Shown piece by piece: positions 28,863 through 39,193 of a DNA stretch of 64,000 bases. The notes below the pieces were generated by a model, which worked only from the letters and a program-made list of their open reading frames with translations, searched no databases and was not told the DNA's origin. The stretch comes from a virus: IMG/VR virus record IMGVR_UViG_3300001567_000262, positions 1-64,000 of that record; one strand, written 5' to 3'. The stretch's first letter is position 1. Each line of letters starts with the position of its first letter. The translations under genes and the position numbers were made by a program.

Positions 28863-29347
28863 GAGCGGTCAAGTACGGCGATTGGAGGCGGCTGGATGCG
28901 GTTCTGAAGAACTGTCTTCCGGCCCGGATGGAAAAAGCGCTCAACCGCGCTGCGACAAAATGCGCGCTGCTTCTGGTGCGCGAGATCAAGAAAGGAATCA
29001 AGTCACAGTCGCCGGGAGGTAAAAAGTTCGCGCCGCTCGCAGAAGCGACCATCGAAAAAAAAGGATCGTCCAAGGCGCTCATCGACACTGGGTTTCTTCT
29101 CAGCGCGATCACGCAGATCATCAAAGGCGATGTCGCGTTCGTGGGACTTCTGCGGGGAACGCGGAACAAGGACGGTGACGAGATCGTCAACATCGGAGCG
29201 ATCATGGAATTCGGGGCGACGGTTCAGATGCCGAACGGCGTGACCATCGTGATTCCGGCAAGACCGTTCCTGCATCCGGTGATGGAAAAGTACCTGCCGG
29301 AAATCAAAGCAATATTCGCGGAGGAAATACTTGGCCTCATGCATTAG
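28859..29347 (+). CDS. Virion morphogenesis / neck protein (Mu gpG/HK97 gp10-like)
   Basis: FAPLAEATIEKKGSSKALIDTG and IPARPFL motifs. Confidence 0.75.
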   Translation: MRAVKYGDWRRLDAVLKNCLPARMEKALNRAATKCALLLVREIKKGIKSQSPGGKKFAPLAEATIEKKGSSKALIDTGFLLSAITQIIKGDVAFVGLLRGTRNKDGDEIVNIGAIMEFGATVQMPNGVTIVIPARPFLHPVMEKYLPEIKAIFAEEILGLMH

Positions 29348-29891
29348 AGAAGTCGTCGAAGCGCTCATAAAAAAGCTTCAGGCCGATGTAACTCAGCACA
29401 CGGTCCTTGTGCCATTGAACGATTACTACGAGGTCAAGCACACATCGTCGCTTCTCGTAATCGGGCCGAAGCTGGATGAGAACCGCTCTAAGCGGAACTC
29501 TGAGAAGCGCGTCGAAGTGGATCGGGACAATCTCTCTTACACCGAGAGGAACTGGCCCCGGTACTACCATCTGGATTTCGACTTCGTGCTGACGGCGGAC
29601 AACGGCGCGGCGCTTCTCGACCTGCAGGAAAAGGTCATTGCCTTTTTTCTCGACAACCGGGAAATCGCCACCGCCGATTGCATGTTCAAGCTCCGCGAGA
29701 TGATTCCCATCGGCGGTCTTGAGCGCCCGAACCTTTCCAACCTCCGGCAGGCGTCGGGGCGATACCGCATCGAGGACGTGGAGGTTTTCGACCACGATGT
29801 GTTCGATGGCAAGATCGTCCTTTACCGTAATTTCCGTCTGTGTGATTTCGGCTCGCGCAGATTGATTGAGACATACAAACCAGACGAATGA
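29331..29891 (+). CDS. Tail terminator-like protein
   Basis: Position before the sheath gene; TTG start with GGAGG. Confidence 0.5.
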   Translation: MASCIREVVEALIKKLQADVTQHTVLVPLNDYYEVKHTSSLLVIGPKLDENRSKRNSEKRVEVDRDNLSYTERNWPRYYHLDFDFVLTADNGAALLDLQEKVIAFFLDNREIATADCMFKLREMIPIGGLERPNLSNLRQASGRYRIEDVEVFDHDVFDGKIVLYRNFRLCDFGSRRLIETYKPDE

Positions 29892-29906
29892 GAGGTGAAC
29901 AACCCT

Positions 29907-30117
29907 TTGAAAAACGTTCTTCTTAAAAACATCTCCGGCGCGCTTCTCACCGTGAACACCGGACAAGGAAGGAGTCTGCATTTCCTCGCCGGTGAAACGA
30001 AAAGCGTCCCGGCCACGACTCTTGAGACCCCCGGATGCGTTCCGGCTTTTCCGAAAAGGGTTTCTTTCCGTCATGGACGAGAAACCCGCGCCAGAGAAAA
30101 AGAAAGGCAAATCCTGA
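29907..30117 (+). pseudogene. Small pre-sheath gene interrupted by a +1 frameshift at C5 (30028-30032), or a sequence error
   Basis: Removing one C gives a ~70-aa ORF ending KPAPEKKKGKS, stopping just before the sheath RBS. Confidence 0.5.
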
Positions 30118-30135
30118 TTCAGGAGGTGAATCTCC

Positions 30136-31686
30136 ATGCCCGAATATTTATCCCCCGACATATTTGTCGAGGAGAAGGAAAGCAACCGGCACACCATCGA
30201 GCGTGTAAGCGCGTCGGTGGCCGCGTTTTTCGGAATAGCCGAGCGCGGGCCCGTGGGCATTCCCGTCCTCATCACATCCTTCGCGCAGTTCAAGCGGGTC
30301 TTCGGCGGTTACATACCGAACAGCTATCTCGCATACGCCGTCGACGGATTCTTCAAAAAGGTCAAAGGCCGCTGCTACGTGGTGCGGGTCGTGCATTACA
30401 CCGACATCACGGACGCGATGACCGCGACGTGCGCAACCAGCGCGACGACGCTTAACGACAGAGCCGCGACACCGATTCCGACTCTTGGCGTGAAGGCAAT
30501 CTCCCCCGGTAAGTGGGGAGACGATATTTCCATCAAGATCATCCCGGCGACGACCGACCCGGCGAACCACTTCCGGCTCAAAGTCTATTTCAAGAACGTC
30601 TTCGTGGAGCCGCACGACGATCTGTCCATGAATCCGGCGTCCGAGAATTTCGCACCCGACCGGGTTAATGGCAAATCCGAGTTCATCGTCCTCGAAGACC
30701 TCGGCAGCGCTTCCGTCGCGCCGGACAATCGGCCAGCGGAAGGAACTTATCCGATCACCGGCGGCGAGGACGGTCTCACCGGAATCGGCGACGTCGATTA
30801 TGCGGGAAGCCAGGCGGCGCGCACCGGCGTGTTCGCGTTCGATCCCGTGGATGAGATCAACATATTGTCCTGTCCCGGCATAACCACACAGACCGTCCAG
30901 AACGCACTTTGCACCTATTCCGAAATGCGGCAGGACTTGTTCGTCATTCTCGATTCTCCGTTTGGCATGAATGTCACGGAGATAAAGGAATACGTACAGG
31001 ACACGGCGGCTTTCAACTGCAAATATGCCGCGCTGTACTACCCGAACATCAAAATCCTCGATCCGAATTCCCGCAAGGAAAGGATTGTCCCGCCCTCCGG
31101 CCAACTCTCCGGCATCTACGCCAAGACGGATGTCGTTCACGGCGTCCACAAAGCCCCGGCGGGAATCGAGGACGGAGCGTTCGTTGATGTCCTCGGCCTG
31201 GAATACCCGCTCGACAAGGGACAGCGCGACACACTGTATCCGGCCCGCATCAATCCCATCATCAAAAAACGCGGCGTTGGCGTCGTCGCGTGGGGAAACC
31301 GCACACTTTCCGCGCTCTCCGACTGGCGCTCGATCAATGTCCGGCGTCTGTTCCTGAACGTGGTGGAATCAATCGCGGAAGGAACCGAGTGGGCCGTATT
31401 CAAACCGAACAACATCGATCTGTGGAAAGACCTCACAACCACAATCACTTTGTTCCTGAAGGACTACTGGCGCGAGGGCGCATTTTTCGACGGCGGCACG
31501 GGCAACTGGCGCGACGCCTTCTACGTGAAGTGCGACGGCGAACTGAACACACAGGCGATCATCGATCAGTACAAAGTCGTGACCGAGATCGGCATCGCCC
31601 CGACCAAGGCCGCTGAATTCGTGATCTTCCGCATCACTCAGTGGGACGGCGGAAGACTCATAGAGGAAACAGGAGGTGGCGCGTAA
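30136..31686 (+). CDS. Tail sheath protein
   Basis: MPEYLSPDIFVEE, GVHKAPAG, VVAWGNRTLS, W.SINVRRLFL, WAVFKPN. Confidence 0.95.
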   Translation: MPEYLSPDIFVEEKESNRHTIERVSASVAAFFGIAERGPVGIPVLITSFAQFKRVFGGYIPNSYLAYAVDGFFKKVKGRCYVVRVVHYTDITDAMTATCATSATTLNDRAATPIPTLGVKAISPGKWGDDISIKIIPATTDPANHFRLKVYFKNVFVEPHDDLSMNPASENFAPDRVNGKSEFIVLEDLGSASVAPDNRPAEGTYPITGGEDGLTGIGDVDYAGSQAARTGVFAFDPVDEINILSCPGITTQTVQNALCTYSEMRQDLFVILDSPFGMNVTEIKEYVQDTAAFNCKYAALYYPNIKILDPNSRKERIVPPSGQLSGIYAKTDVVHGVHKAPAGIEDGAFVDVLGLEYPLDKGQRDTLYPARINPIIKKRGVGVVAWGNRTLSALSDWRSINVRRLFLNVVESIAEGTEWAVFKPNNIDLWKDLTTTITLFLKDYWREGAFFDGGTGNWRDAFYVKCDGELNTQAIIDQYKVVTEIGIAPTKAAEFVIFRITQWDGGRLIEETGGGA

Positions 31687-32147
31687 TGCCGATACAGGGA
31701 ACCGCAATCAATTACTGGGACAAGTACGCCTTCATCGTGAAGATCGACGGCGTGGTCCGCGCAGCGTTCAACAAGTGTTCCGGCCTGAAGGCCGAAGCCG
31801 AGATCATCGAATATTCCGAGGGCGGCGCGCTCACGCCTCACAAGCAGCCGGGCACGATCAAGTTCGACGACATTGAACTCGAGCGCGGCATGACGGAAGA
31901 CGACGACCTCTACAACTGGTGGGCCGAGATTTACAACCACTCATCGGGGACGGGGTCGGCGGATGAGAAGCAGTACAAGCGCAAGGTGACGATTGTCCAG
32001 AAAGACCGTTCCGGCGCGGAGTTGACCCGCTGGGTCATTCCGAAAGCATTCCCCGCAGCGTTTGAAACTGACGACTGGGATAACGAGTCCTCCGAGCACC
32101 AGATCACCAAGCTGACGCTGGCGCACGAGGGATTCGAGAAAGAGTGA
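31686..32147 (+). CDS. Tail tube protein (T4 gp19-like)
   Basis: FIVKIDG..AAFNKCSGL, YSEGG, PGTIKFDDIELERG motifs. Confidence 0.9.
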   Translation: MPIQGTAINYWDKYAFIVKIDGVVRAAFNKCSGLKAEAEIIEYSEGGALTPHKQPGTIKFDDIELERGMTEDDDLYNWWAEIYNHSSGTGSADEKQYKRKVTIVQKDRSGAELTRWVIPKAFPAAFETDDWDNESSEHQITKLTLAHEGFEKE

Positions 32148-32155
32148 GGTGACGC

Positions 32156-32848
32156 ATGGAACTTTATACCGAAAAAGTAACGCTGCCGTCCGGGCTTGAA
32201 TGCACCATCCGGGAAATGACGGCGACCGAGGAAGGATTTCTCGCAAGTCCGAAGATGCTGAAATCCGGCGAGGCATTCGAGAAGATTCTCCGCAACTGTG
32301 TGGTTGAGAAAGATGTCGACCTCGACAACCTGCTCGTGGGCGACCGCTATTACCTGATGCTTGCCATCCGCCGCATTACGTTCGGCGACTCCTACGACTT
32401 CAAGGTCCGATGCGGCTCGTGCGGGCACACATTCAATGTCGACATCAATCTCGCGGAATTGCCGGTCAAGAAACTCGACGGCGACCCGGACGCGATGCAC
32501 ACAATCACGCTGCCCCGCACCGGAAAGAAAGTCACGTTCCGGCTTCTGCGCGGCCGCGACGAGAAGAAAATCTCCACAACGCTCAGAAAAACACCGCAGG
32601 AGATAATCCGGCTGTCGCTTCTCCTCCACACAATCGCCGTGGACGGGGATGAAAACTTCTCGGAGAGATTCTTTGAGACTCTGCCCGGCGCGGACTCGCA
32701 GTTTTACCGGAAGGAGATCGACGCCGTAACGTGTGGCGTGGACACCGTCGTCGAGGCATCGTGCCCCGAGTGCGATGACGAATTCGACGTGCAGTTGCCC
32801 ATCAATGAATATTTTTTCTTCCCCGGTACCCGGAAGAGCAAATCTTAG
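32156..32848 (+). CDS. Tail assembly chaperone, with a probable -1 frameshift extension to 33009
   Basis: Between tube and TMP genes; CxxC motifs; slippery heptamer and open -1 frame. Confidence 0.75.
   Translation: MELYTEKVTLPSGLECTIREMTATEEGFLASPKMLKSGEAFEKILRNCVVEKDVDLDNLLVGDRYYLMLAIRRITFGDSYDFKVRCGSCGHTFNVDINLAELPVKKLDGDPDAMHTITLPRTGKKVTFRLLRGRDEKKISTTLRKTPQEIIRLSLLLHTIAVDGDENFSERFFETLPGADSQFYRKEIDAVTCGVDTVVEASCPECDDEFDVQLPINEYFFFPGTRKSKS
32812..32818 (+). other. -1 ribosomal frameshift slippery site T TTT TTC
   Basis: In-frame X XXY YYZ heptamer; the -1 frame is open to TGA 33007-33009, which overlaps the TMP ATG. Confidence 0.7.
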
Positions 32849-33005
32849 AGGAATCGTTCTTCCTCTGTTACGGACGCGGGCCGTTCAAGTCGCTTGAGGA
32901 AGTCGAGCGGCTTCCGGCCCGGGTCCGGCAGTGGTTCGTGGAGCGGCTCTCCGACCAGTACCGTGAAGAGGAACGCCAGATGAAGAGCGCGGCGAGAAGG
33001 AAAAA

Positions 33006-36000
33006 ATGAACAACTTCGGACTCGGCATACTCATACAGGCGAAGGATCAGGCGTCCGCCGTTTTTCAGAAAGTGGAACGTAATTTCGATTCACTTTCCAA
33101 GAAAAGCGACGAGATGGCTTCGCGTATGCAGGCGTCCTCTAAGGCGTTCTATGCCGGTATCGGCATGATGGGCGCTGGCGCGACAATGCTCGGTGGCGTC
33201 GCCGCGACGATAAAGGTGGCCGGTGACTTCCAGGAAGCGATGATCGGCGTGCAAAAGACATCCGGGATGACGGATGCGGAGATTAAAAAACTCGGCGACC
33301 GCTTTGTCGAGATGTCCTCGAAGATGCCGAACAGCGCGAAGGAACTCGCCAACATCGGTGAGATCGGTGGACAGCTCGGCATCAATGGCGTCGAGAACCT
33401 GTCCTCGTTCACGGACACGGTGGCGAAACTCGCGTCGGTGTCGGAATTCTCCGCAGAAGAAGGCGGCGCGGCGCTCGCGAAGATCGCCAATCAGTTCAAG
33501 ATTCCGATCAAGCAAGCCAAGAACATGGGCTCCGTTCTGAATGAGTTGTCGAACATCTCAACCGCCACCGCTCCGACGATTGCCGATCTGACAAGCCGCA
33601 TGGCCGGCGCGGGCGCGTCTCTCGGACTGACCATGCCTCAGATTTCCGCCATCGGCGCGGCGCTCACGGACATGGGTGTAAGTTCCGAAGTCGGCGGCAC
33701 CGCCATGTCGGACATGTTCATGGAGATGATGAAGCGCACGGACGAGTACGCGAAAGTTGCTGGCGTCTCCACTGCCGAGTTCAAACAGCTCATTGAAAAG
33801 GACGCCTACGGCGCGCTGACGAAGTTTGCGACGGGACTTCAGAAGTTCGACAAATTCCAGGTGGCGGACATGTTGACCGACCTCGGCATCGGCGGCGCCC
33901 GCGGAACAGATGTGCTGCTCAAACTGGTCGAGGCGAACAAGTCCGTCAACGGACAGCAGTCTCTTCTTGGCCGGTTCGTGGATACGTCCAACAAGGCTTT
34001 CAAAGAAGGCGTGTCGCTTCAGAAGGAATATGACAACTCACTCAAGGGAATGAACGCGCAGCTCAAAATCGCGTGGAACTCCGTCGTCGCGCTCGCCATC
34101 GACATCGGACAGCAGATGGTGCCTTATGTGACGAAAGCAGCAAAAGCGGTTTCATCGTTCGTTCAGGGCATGAAGAAATGGTCGAAGGAACACCCCGGCG
34201 CGTTGCGTGGGATTGTTTTGATCGTAGCGGCACTCGGCGGTCTGCTTTTAATCGGCGGCGCAATCCTCACGTTTCTCGGCGCGCTCGGAATGCTGTCGGT
34301 CGGTCTTGCCTCTCTTCCCATGGCTGCGGGCGCACTCGGCGGCGTGGTGGCTGCGATCTGGCCTATCGTAACCGGCGTCGCGGCGGTAATCGCCATCGGG
34401 TATCTGCTGTACAAAGCCTGGACGACCAACTTCATGGGAATTCGGGATATCGTTCTGCCGATTCTCCAAAGCCTGAAAGCGGGATTCTCTTCATTCATGA
34501 AAGCGCACGGAGACACAGTTATGGCGTTCGTAAGCGTCGCTGGAAAAGTTGTTTTTGCGATCATGGCGATATCCGGCGCGATACGCATTGTGCGCGGCGT
34601 GATCTCAACGGCTACAACCGTGTGGCGCACAGGCGCAATGGCCGTGCGTTTCCTTTATTTCAGCTTCCAGATGGCACGCGCTTATGCCTCCTATTACAGC
34701 CAGGCGATTCTCTCCGCGATGCGGAACACGCTGGCGTTTGCCCGGAGCGCCGTCACTTCCGCCGTTCAAGGCCTGAAGCGTTTTGCTATCTCTCTCGCGT
34801 CCGCAGTCCGGCAAGCGGCATTGTTTGCGATTTCTCTTGCACGCCAAGCCGTAGCAGCGGTTGCTTCGTTCGCTACATCTCTCATTACCGGCGCGGTTAC
34901 GGCCATCGGGACGTTCGCCGCCGCGCTCGTTCCCGCCATCGCCGGGGCATGGGCTTTCACTGCCGCGCTTCTCGCAAACCCGATTACATGGATTGTTCTC
35001 GCCATTGTCGCGCTGATCGTCATCATCATTCTGCTCGTGAAAAATTGGGACAAGGTGAAGGCGGTCGTCATCCGTGTGTGGAATGCCGTTGTGGAATGGA
35101 TCAGAGGCGCGGTGGCGAAGATAAAGACTTTCTTTGCCGGAATCTATCAGGCGGTCGTGGACGCCTTTTCCCGTGCATGGGTGTGGTTAAAAGGATTCAT
35201 TATAAAATGGTGGCCGTTCATCCTCGGCGTTTGCACGGGCGGCATCGGGCTTCTCATCGGACTCATCATTCAGAACTGGGGCAAGATCATGGCGTTCCTT
35301 CAGGGAATCGGCATGGCGGTCTCTAACTGGATAAACGGCGTGGTGAACTGGATCAGGATGCGATGGGATGCTCTCAAGATGGCCGTGATTTTTATATGGC
35401 AGTCCATCCAGAATGCCATCTCTTGGGTGATCAATACGGTGCGGAATATCGTGTCCGGCGTGATTACGACGATTCAGTTCCGGTGGCAGCAGTTCCGAGG
35501 CGTTGTCGCCGGAGTTTGGAATTCCATCTCCGCGACGGTGTCAGGAGTGGTCGCGGGCATTCAGTCCCGCGTGCAGGCAGTGATTACATTTATCACCGGT
35601 CTTTGGAACGGACTGAAAGCCGCCGTTGCCGGTGTGTGGGATTCCATCGTCGGACAAATCAGCGGAGCTGTCGCCCGGATCAGGGCGAAACTCATCGGGC
35701 TTATTCCTGACTGGCTTCGCACCGCGCTGAGTTATATCGGGATAAACATTCCTTCGGCTCCGAAAGAAAAAGGGGAAGGCTACGCGACCGGCGGATACGT
35801 TGCGAAAACAGGCGGCATATCGGCGACGCTCCATCAGGGCGAGGTCATTACCCCCGCTCCTGCGGTCCAGAAAATCGTCCGTTTCGCGGACATGATTCCC
35901 GCTTCAGGTATCGCCCGCACACAGCCGAACGCGCCAGCGGCGATGACCGTCAGCAACCATATCTCGATCAGTCTTCCGAATGTGAAAGAGATTGACAGGG

Positions 36001-36119
36001 CGAGCGTCGAGGAACTGGCAAATCTGATTATCAAGAAACTCGAATACATGCAGAAGCGAAAACGCGAAGCCGGTTTCTCGAACGATTTCAATCCCTCTCT
36101 GGCGGTGGCACGTACATGA
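33006..36119 (+). CDS. Tape measure protein (TP901-like core)
   Basis: Ala/Gly-rich helical core, W-periodic repeats, C-terminal GYATGG..LHQGE motif. Confidence 0.95.
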   Translation: MNNFGLGILIQAKDQASAVFQKVERNFDSLSKKSDEMASRMQASSKAFYAGIGMMGAGATMLGGVAATIKVAGDFQEAMIGVQKTSGMTDAEIKKLGDRFVEMSSKMPNSAKELANIGEIGGQLGINGVENLSSFTDTVAKLASVSEFSAEEGGAALAKIANQFKIPIKQAKNMGSVLNELSNISTATAPTIADLTSRMAGAGASLGLTMPQISAIGAALTDMGVSSEVGGTAMSDMFMEMMKRTDEYAKVAGVSTAEFKQLIEKDAYGALTKFATGLQKFDKFQVADMLTDLGIGGARGTDVLLKLVEANKSVNGQQSLLGRFVDTSNKAFKEGVSLQKEYDNSLKGMNAQLKIAWNSVVALAIDIGQQMVPYVTKAAKAVSSFVQGMKKWSKEHPGALRGIVLIVAALGGLLLIGGAILTFLGALGMLSVGLASLPMAAGALGGVVAAIWPIVTGVAAVIAIGYLLYKAWTTNFMGIRDIVLPILQSLKAGFSSFMKAHGDTVMAFVSVAGKVVFAIMAISGAIRIVRGVISTATTVWRTGAMAVRFLYFSFQMARAYASYYSQAILSAMRNTLAFARSAVTSAVQGLKRFAISLASAVRQAALFAISLARQAVAAVASFATSLITGAVTAIGTFAAALVPAIAGAWAFTAALLANPITWIVLAIVALIVIIILLVKNWDKVKAVVIRVWNAVVEWIRGAVAKIKTFFAGIYQAVVDAFSRAWVWLKGFIIKWWPFILGVCTGGIGLLIGLIIQNWGKIMAFLQGIGMAVSNWINGVVNWIRMRWDALKMAVIFIWQSIQNAISWVINTVRNIVSGVITTIQFRWQQFRGVVAGVWNSISATVSGVVAGIQSRVQAVITFITGLWNGLKAAVAGVWDSIVGQISGAVARIRAKLIGLIPDWLRTALSYIGINIPSAPKEKGEGYATGGYVAKTGGISATLHQGEVITPAPAVQKIVRFADMIPASGIARTQPNAPAAMTVSNHISISLPNVKEIDRASVEELANLIIKKLEYMQKRKREAGFSNDFNPSLAVART

Positions 36120-36637
36120 GCAACACGATCAGCTCAATACCGACGCCGGACAAGGGTTTCCTCTATTCATCGGAGGGTGGCGTTGTCCTGGACTTCTCCG
36201 TGAATCCGGCGCAGCTCCAGCGGCAGGAACAGTCGACATTCAACACGAGTCTGTCTCCAGGAGCGCCGGGCGCGTTCGTGCAATATACCGGCGGCGGGGA
36301 ACGGAATGTGACGTTCGAACTCGTTCTCGACGCCATCGGAACCAAGGCCGGACAAGGTGGCGTCCAGCGGGAAATTTCGATCCTTGAAGCATTCACATAC
36401 CCGGACACGAACGATCTGGTCAACGCGCAGTTCGTGCCGCCGCCACGGGCACTGCTCGGCATCGGCACTCGTATCTGGGAAGGATACGTCTCGCAGATTC
36501 AGTTCACGGAAGAGCGGTTCAACGTCCGCATGGAACCGGTTTATGTGAAAGCGCAGGTCACGTTCACGCTGGACATGTGGAAAAACTCGACAAGCCAGCG
36601 GATGCACCAGACGCGACGCCAGAATCTCGGAAGGTAA
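36116..36637 (+). CDS. Tail tube initiator / baseplate protein (CIS-tube-like)
   Basis: FSVNPAQL, VQYTGGGERNVTFEL motifs; position after TMP. Confidence 0.65.
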   Translation: MSNTISSIPTPDKGFLYSSEGGVVLDFSVNPAQLQRQEQSTFNTSLSPGAPGAFVQYTGGGERNVTFELVLDAIGTKAGQGGVQREISILEAFTYPDTNDLVNAQFVPPPRALLGIGTRIWEGYVSQIQFTEERFNVRMEPVYVKAQVTFTLDMWKNSTSQRMHQTRRQNLGR

Positions 36638-36927
36638 TGATGAGCGTTTTTGAAGGTTCCAGATACGAGAAAGTGTTCGTTTACACGAGACGGTTCCGGG
36701 ACTTCGTTCGGAACACGCTCACGTTCCGTGAAATCGACCGAGAGATACCGGATGGAAGCATTCTGCACACCGTGACCGAGACCGACCGGATAGACAACAT
36801 CAGTTATCAGTATTACGGAACGCCGGATTATTGGTGGTACATCGTCGATAAGAATCCGGGCGTGGACCCGCTCGATCTTCCGGTCGGAAAACAGTTGTGG
36901 ATTCCGCCGCTTCCGCAGGAGCAATGA
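36637..36927 (+). CDS. LysM/tail-X-like baseplate protein
   Basis: HTVTETDRIDNISYQYYG..WWYI..N..L.VG..LWIP. Confidence 0.8.
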   Translation: MMSVFEGSRYEKVFVYTRRFRDFVRNTLTFREIDREIPDGSILHTVTETDRIDNISYQYYGTPDYWWYIVDKNPGVDPLDLPVGKQLWIPPLPQEQ

Positions 36928-36928
36928 A

Positions 36929-37762
36929 ATGACCGTCGTAAACGTCACATCCGCATCCTTCGCGTCGCCGCACTTCGAGATCACGTTCGGCTCGCACTCG
37001 CTTTCGCCTGAAGAGACGTCGCTTGTAACCGATGTCGAGATTAAGGATGAAGTCGAGGAGAAAGACACGGCAACCGTAACCGTTAACGACCCGTTCTTTC
37101 AGTTCCAGAAACTGGCGGCAAAAGGAATGTCGGTTCGTATCGTTGCGGGTTACTTCATGGGAAAGACAAAGGAATTCATCGGCGAGGTGTCCGGCCTCAC
37201 GCCGCAGTTCCCGGAATCGGGACTCCCGTCACTTTCCATCGAATGCTCGGCAAAGTCGAAAAAAGGCCACGAAGGACAGACGAACAAATCGTGGAAAAAG
37301 ATGAAACGCTCCGAGATCGCAAAAAAGATCGCCGGGAAACACGGATGGAAGCCCGACGTTGATGAAACGAAAGAAATCGTAGAGCAGGAATCACAGGCCG
37401 GAGAATCGGACGTGGACTTCCTTCGCAAGATGGCGAGGAAGGAAAACTTCACCTTCCGGGTCAAGGGAAACACGATGCAGTTTAAAAAAGCGCCCAACCT
37501 CGATGATCAGTCGCCAGTCGCGGTGTTCGATTACCGGATCGGGAACCATACGGTGAAAAGCTTCTCGCCCCGATACGCGAGTGACGAGACCGGCAAGGAT
37601 GTTGAGGGCGCGTCGATAAACAACAAATCAAAAAAGACCGTCAAAACAAAAAGCAAAACAAGCGTCGCCAAGCCGCAAGGAACAAAGGACAGCGGCACGG
37701 TGAACCGGGGCAAGTCAGAAACGCTCTTCCCGTCCGAAAAGGCAAACGCGAGGAAATCCTGA
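36929..37762 (+). CDS. Baseplate hub (late control gpD-like), N-terminal part
   Basis: QAGESDVDFLRKMARKENF motif. Confidence 0.75.
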   Translation: MTVVNVTSASFASPHFEITFGSHSLSPEETSLVTDVEIKDEVEEKDTATVTVNDPFFQFQKLAAKGMSVRIVAGYFMGKTKEFIGEVSGLTPQFPESGLPSLSIECSAKSKKGHEGQTNKSWKKMKRSEIAKKIAGKHGWKPDVDETKEIVEQESQAGESDVDFLRKMARKENFTFRVKGNTMQFKKAPNLDDQSPVAVFDYRIGNHTVKSFSPRYASDETGKDVEGASINNKSKKTVKTKSKTSVAKPQGTKDSGTVNRGKSETLFPSEKANARKS

Positions 37763-37763
37763 A

Positions 37764-38255
37764 ATGCTGCCAGTCGAACCACATGGCGTTTCAAATAAAG
37801 ACGCAATTCCGAAAGCTCCCAAGGGCGGCGCTATTTCCGGTGTGGGCACGGGCGGCGGCAAAAACAAAGTCGAGACCACTCATTATTTAAAGGACAACGA
37901 GATCGGCGGCGCGCTGCCGGACACACAGGAAGGACTCGACTCCGCATCAGGCGCGAAACATTACAAGAATGAAAAGGCAATGGAAGGCTCGCTCACACTC
38001 GTTCGGGGTTTCCCGCAGATTAATGCCGGGGACAAAATCACGATCCTCGGCGTCGGGCCGGTATTCTCCGGCGCTTGGATAGTGAAAACACATACGCTGA
38101 AAGTCTCGCAGGACGGATGCCAGAGCACGCTCGAACTCACACGCAACGCGGTCGGAAATTCCGGCGGCGGGTCTGAAACCGGTGGCGGGTTCGAGACGGA
38201 CAAGAAGAAGACGCAGAACACGCCGCTCAAAGGCGATAACTTTTCGGAGATGTGA
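37764..38255 (+). CDS. Baseplate hub (gpD-like), C-terminal part
   Basis: GFPQINAGDKITILGVGPVFSGAWIV motif typical of the gpD C-terminus. Confidence 0.65.
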   Translation: MLPVEPHGVSNKDAIPKAPKGGAISGVGTGGGKNKVETTHYLKDNEIGGALPDTQEGLDSASGAKHYKNEKAMEGSLTLVRGFPQINAGDKITILGVGPVFSGAWIVKTHTLKVSQDGCQSTLELTRNAVGNSGGGSETGGGFETDKKKTQNTPLKGDNFSEM

Positions 38256-38256
38256 C

Positions 38257-39189
38257 ATGCCGTCGTTTGTTGGGAAATATCGCGGGATCGTCGAGGACAA
38301 CAAGGACCCGGAACATCGGGGACGCTTGAAGTGCAAGTGCCCGCAGGTGTTCGGTGATGAAGTCCTGGACTGGGCGCTCCCGTGCGTGCCTTACGGCGGG
38401 GATTCCGGCACCGGGTTCTTTTCCATCCCTAAGAAGGGATCGTCCGTATGGCTCGAGTTCGAGCAAGGTGACGCAAACAGGCCGGTCTGGGTCGGCGTGT
38501 GGTGGGCAGCGCCGGAGGATAAGACCGAGACGGCGGACGTCACGCACAAAAAGGAAAAGCAATCGTCTGGTCCGTGGGACGAAGCCGAGACCGGTGATGC
38601 GAAGCGGGATGTTCCAGACAACCATGCATGGCAAACGAAATCCGGCCACAGGATCGAACTCGATGACACCGATGGCCAGACGAAGATAAAGATTACCGAC
38701 CGCAAGGGACAGCACATCATGATCCGGTCGGAGGACGGTAAAGAAAAAATATATATGAAGGACGCCGCGGATAATCGATTTCTGCTCGATGCCACATCCG
38801 GCAAGCGCCGCATCCTCATGCAGGACGGCGCTGGAAGCGCGGTTCTCTTGGATTCGGAAAAAGGCGACGTCTACATCGCATCCGCAAAAGACTTGTCCCT
38901 TCTCGCCGGTGAAAACCTTTACATCGGATGCAAAAGCAACCGCGAGGAAACGGTCGGCGGCAATCACAATGTCTCGGTCATGGGAAGCGGCGACTGGGAT
39001 GTCGCCGGCGCGCTAAAGCTGGCGAAGTCTTCCGGCGATGTAAATATCGCAAGCGGAAGCAAAGCGGCAGCACGAACCGACGACCAGCTCGCGGCCGCGA
39101 CGGAAACTGCTGGCGGTTCCGCGCCACATTCACACGGTCTGTCTTCCGGCAAAGTCGGCCAGGGTTCATCGAAAGTGAAAATCGGGTGA
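38257..39189 (+). CDS. Baseplate spike (gpV/gp5-like)
   Basis: KYRGIVEDNKDPEHRGR, FSIPKKGSSVWLEFEQGD, TKSGHRIELDD; C-terminal HSH. Confidence 0.9.
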   Translation: MPSFVGKYRGIVEDNKDPEHRGRLKCKCPQVFGDEVLDWALPCVPYGGDSGTGFFSIPKKGSSVWLEFEQGDANRPVWVGVWWAAPEDKTETADVTHKKEKQSSGPWDEAETGDAKRDVPDNHAWQTKSGHRIELDDTDGQTKIKITDRKGQHIMIRSEDGKEKIYMKDAADNRFLLDATSGKRRILMQDGAGSAVLLDSEKGDVYIASAKDLSLLAGENLYIGCKSNREETVGGNHNVSVMGSGDWDVAGALKLAKSSGDVNIASGSKAAARTDDQLAAATETAGGSAPHSHGLSSGKVGQGSSKVKIG

Positions 39190-39193
39190 TCGC

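Noticed and set aside
29895-30455. 186-aa ORF as a single protein
   Set aside because: Overlaps the sheath gene by 320 nt out of frame; explained by a frameshift in a ~70-aa gene.
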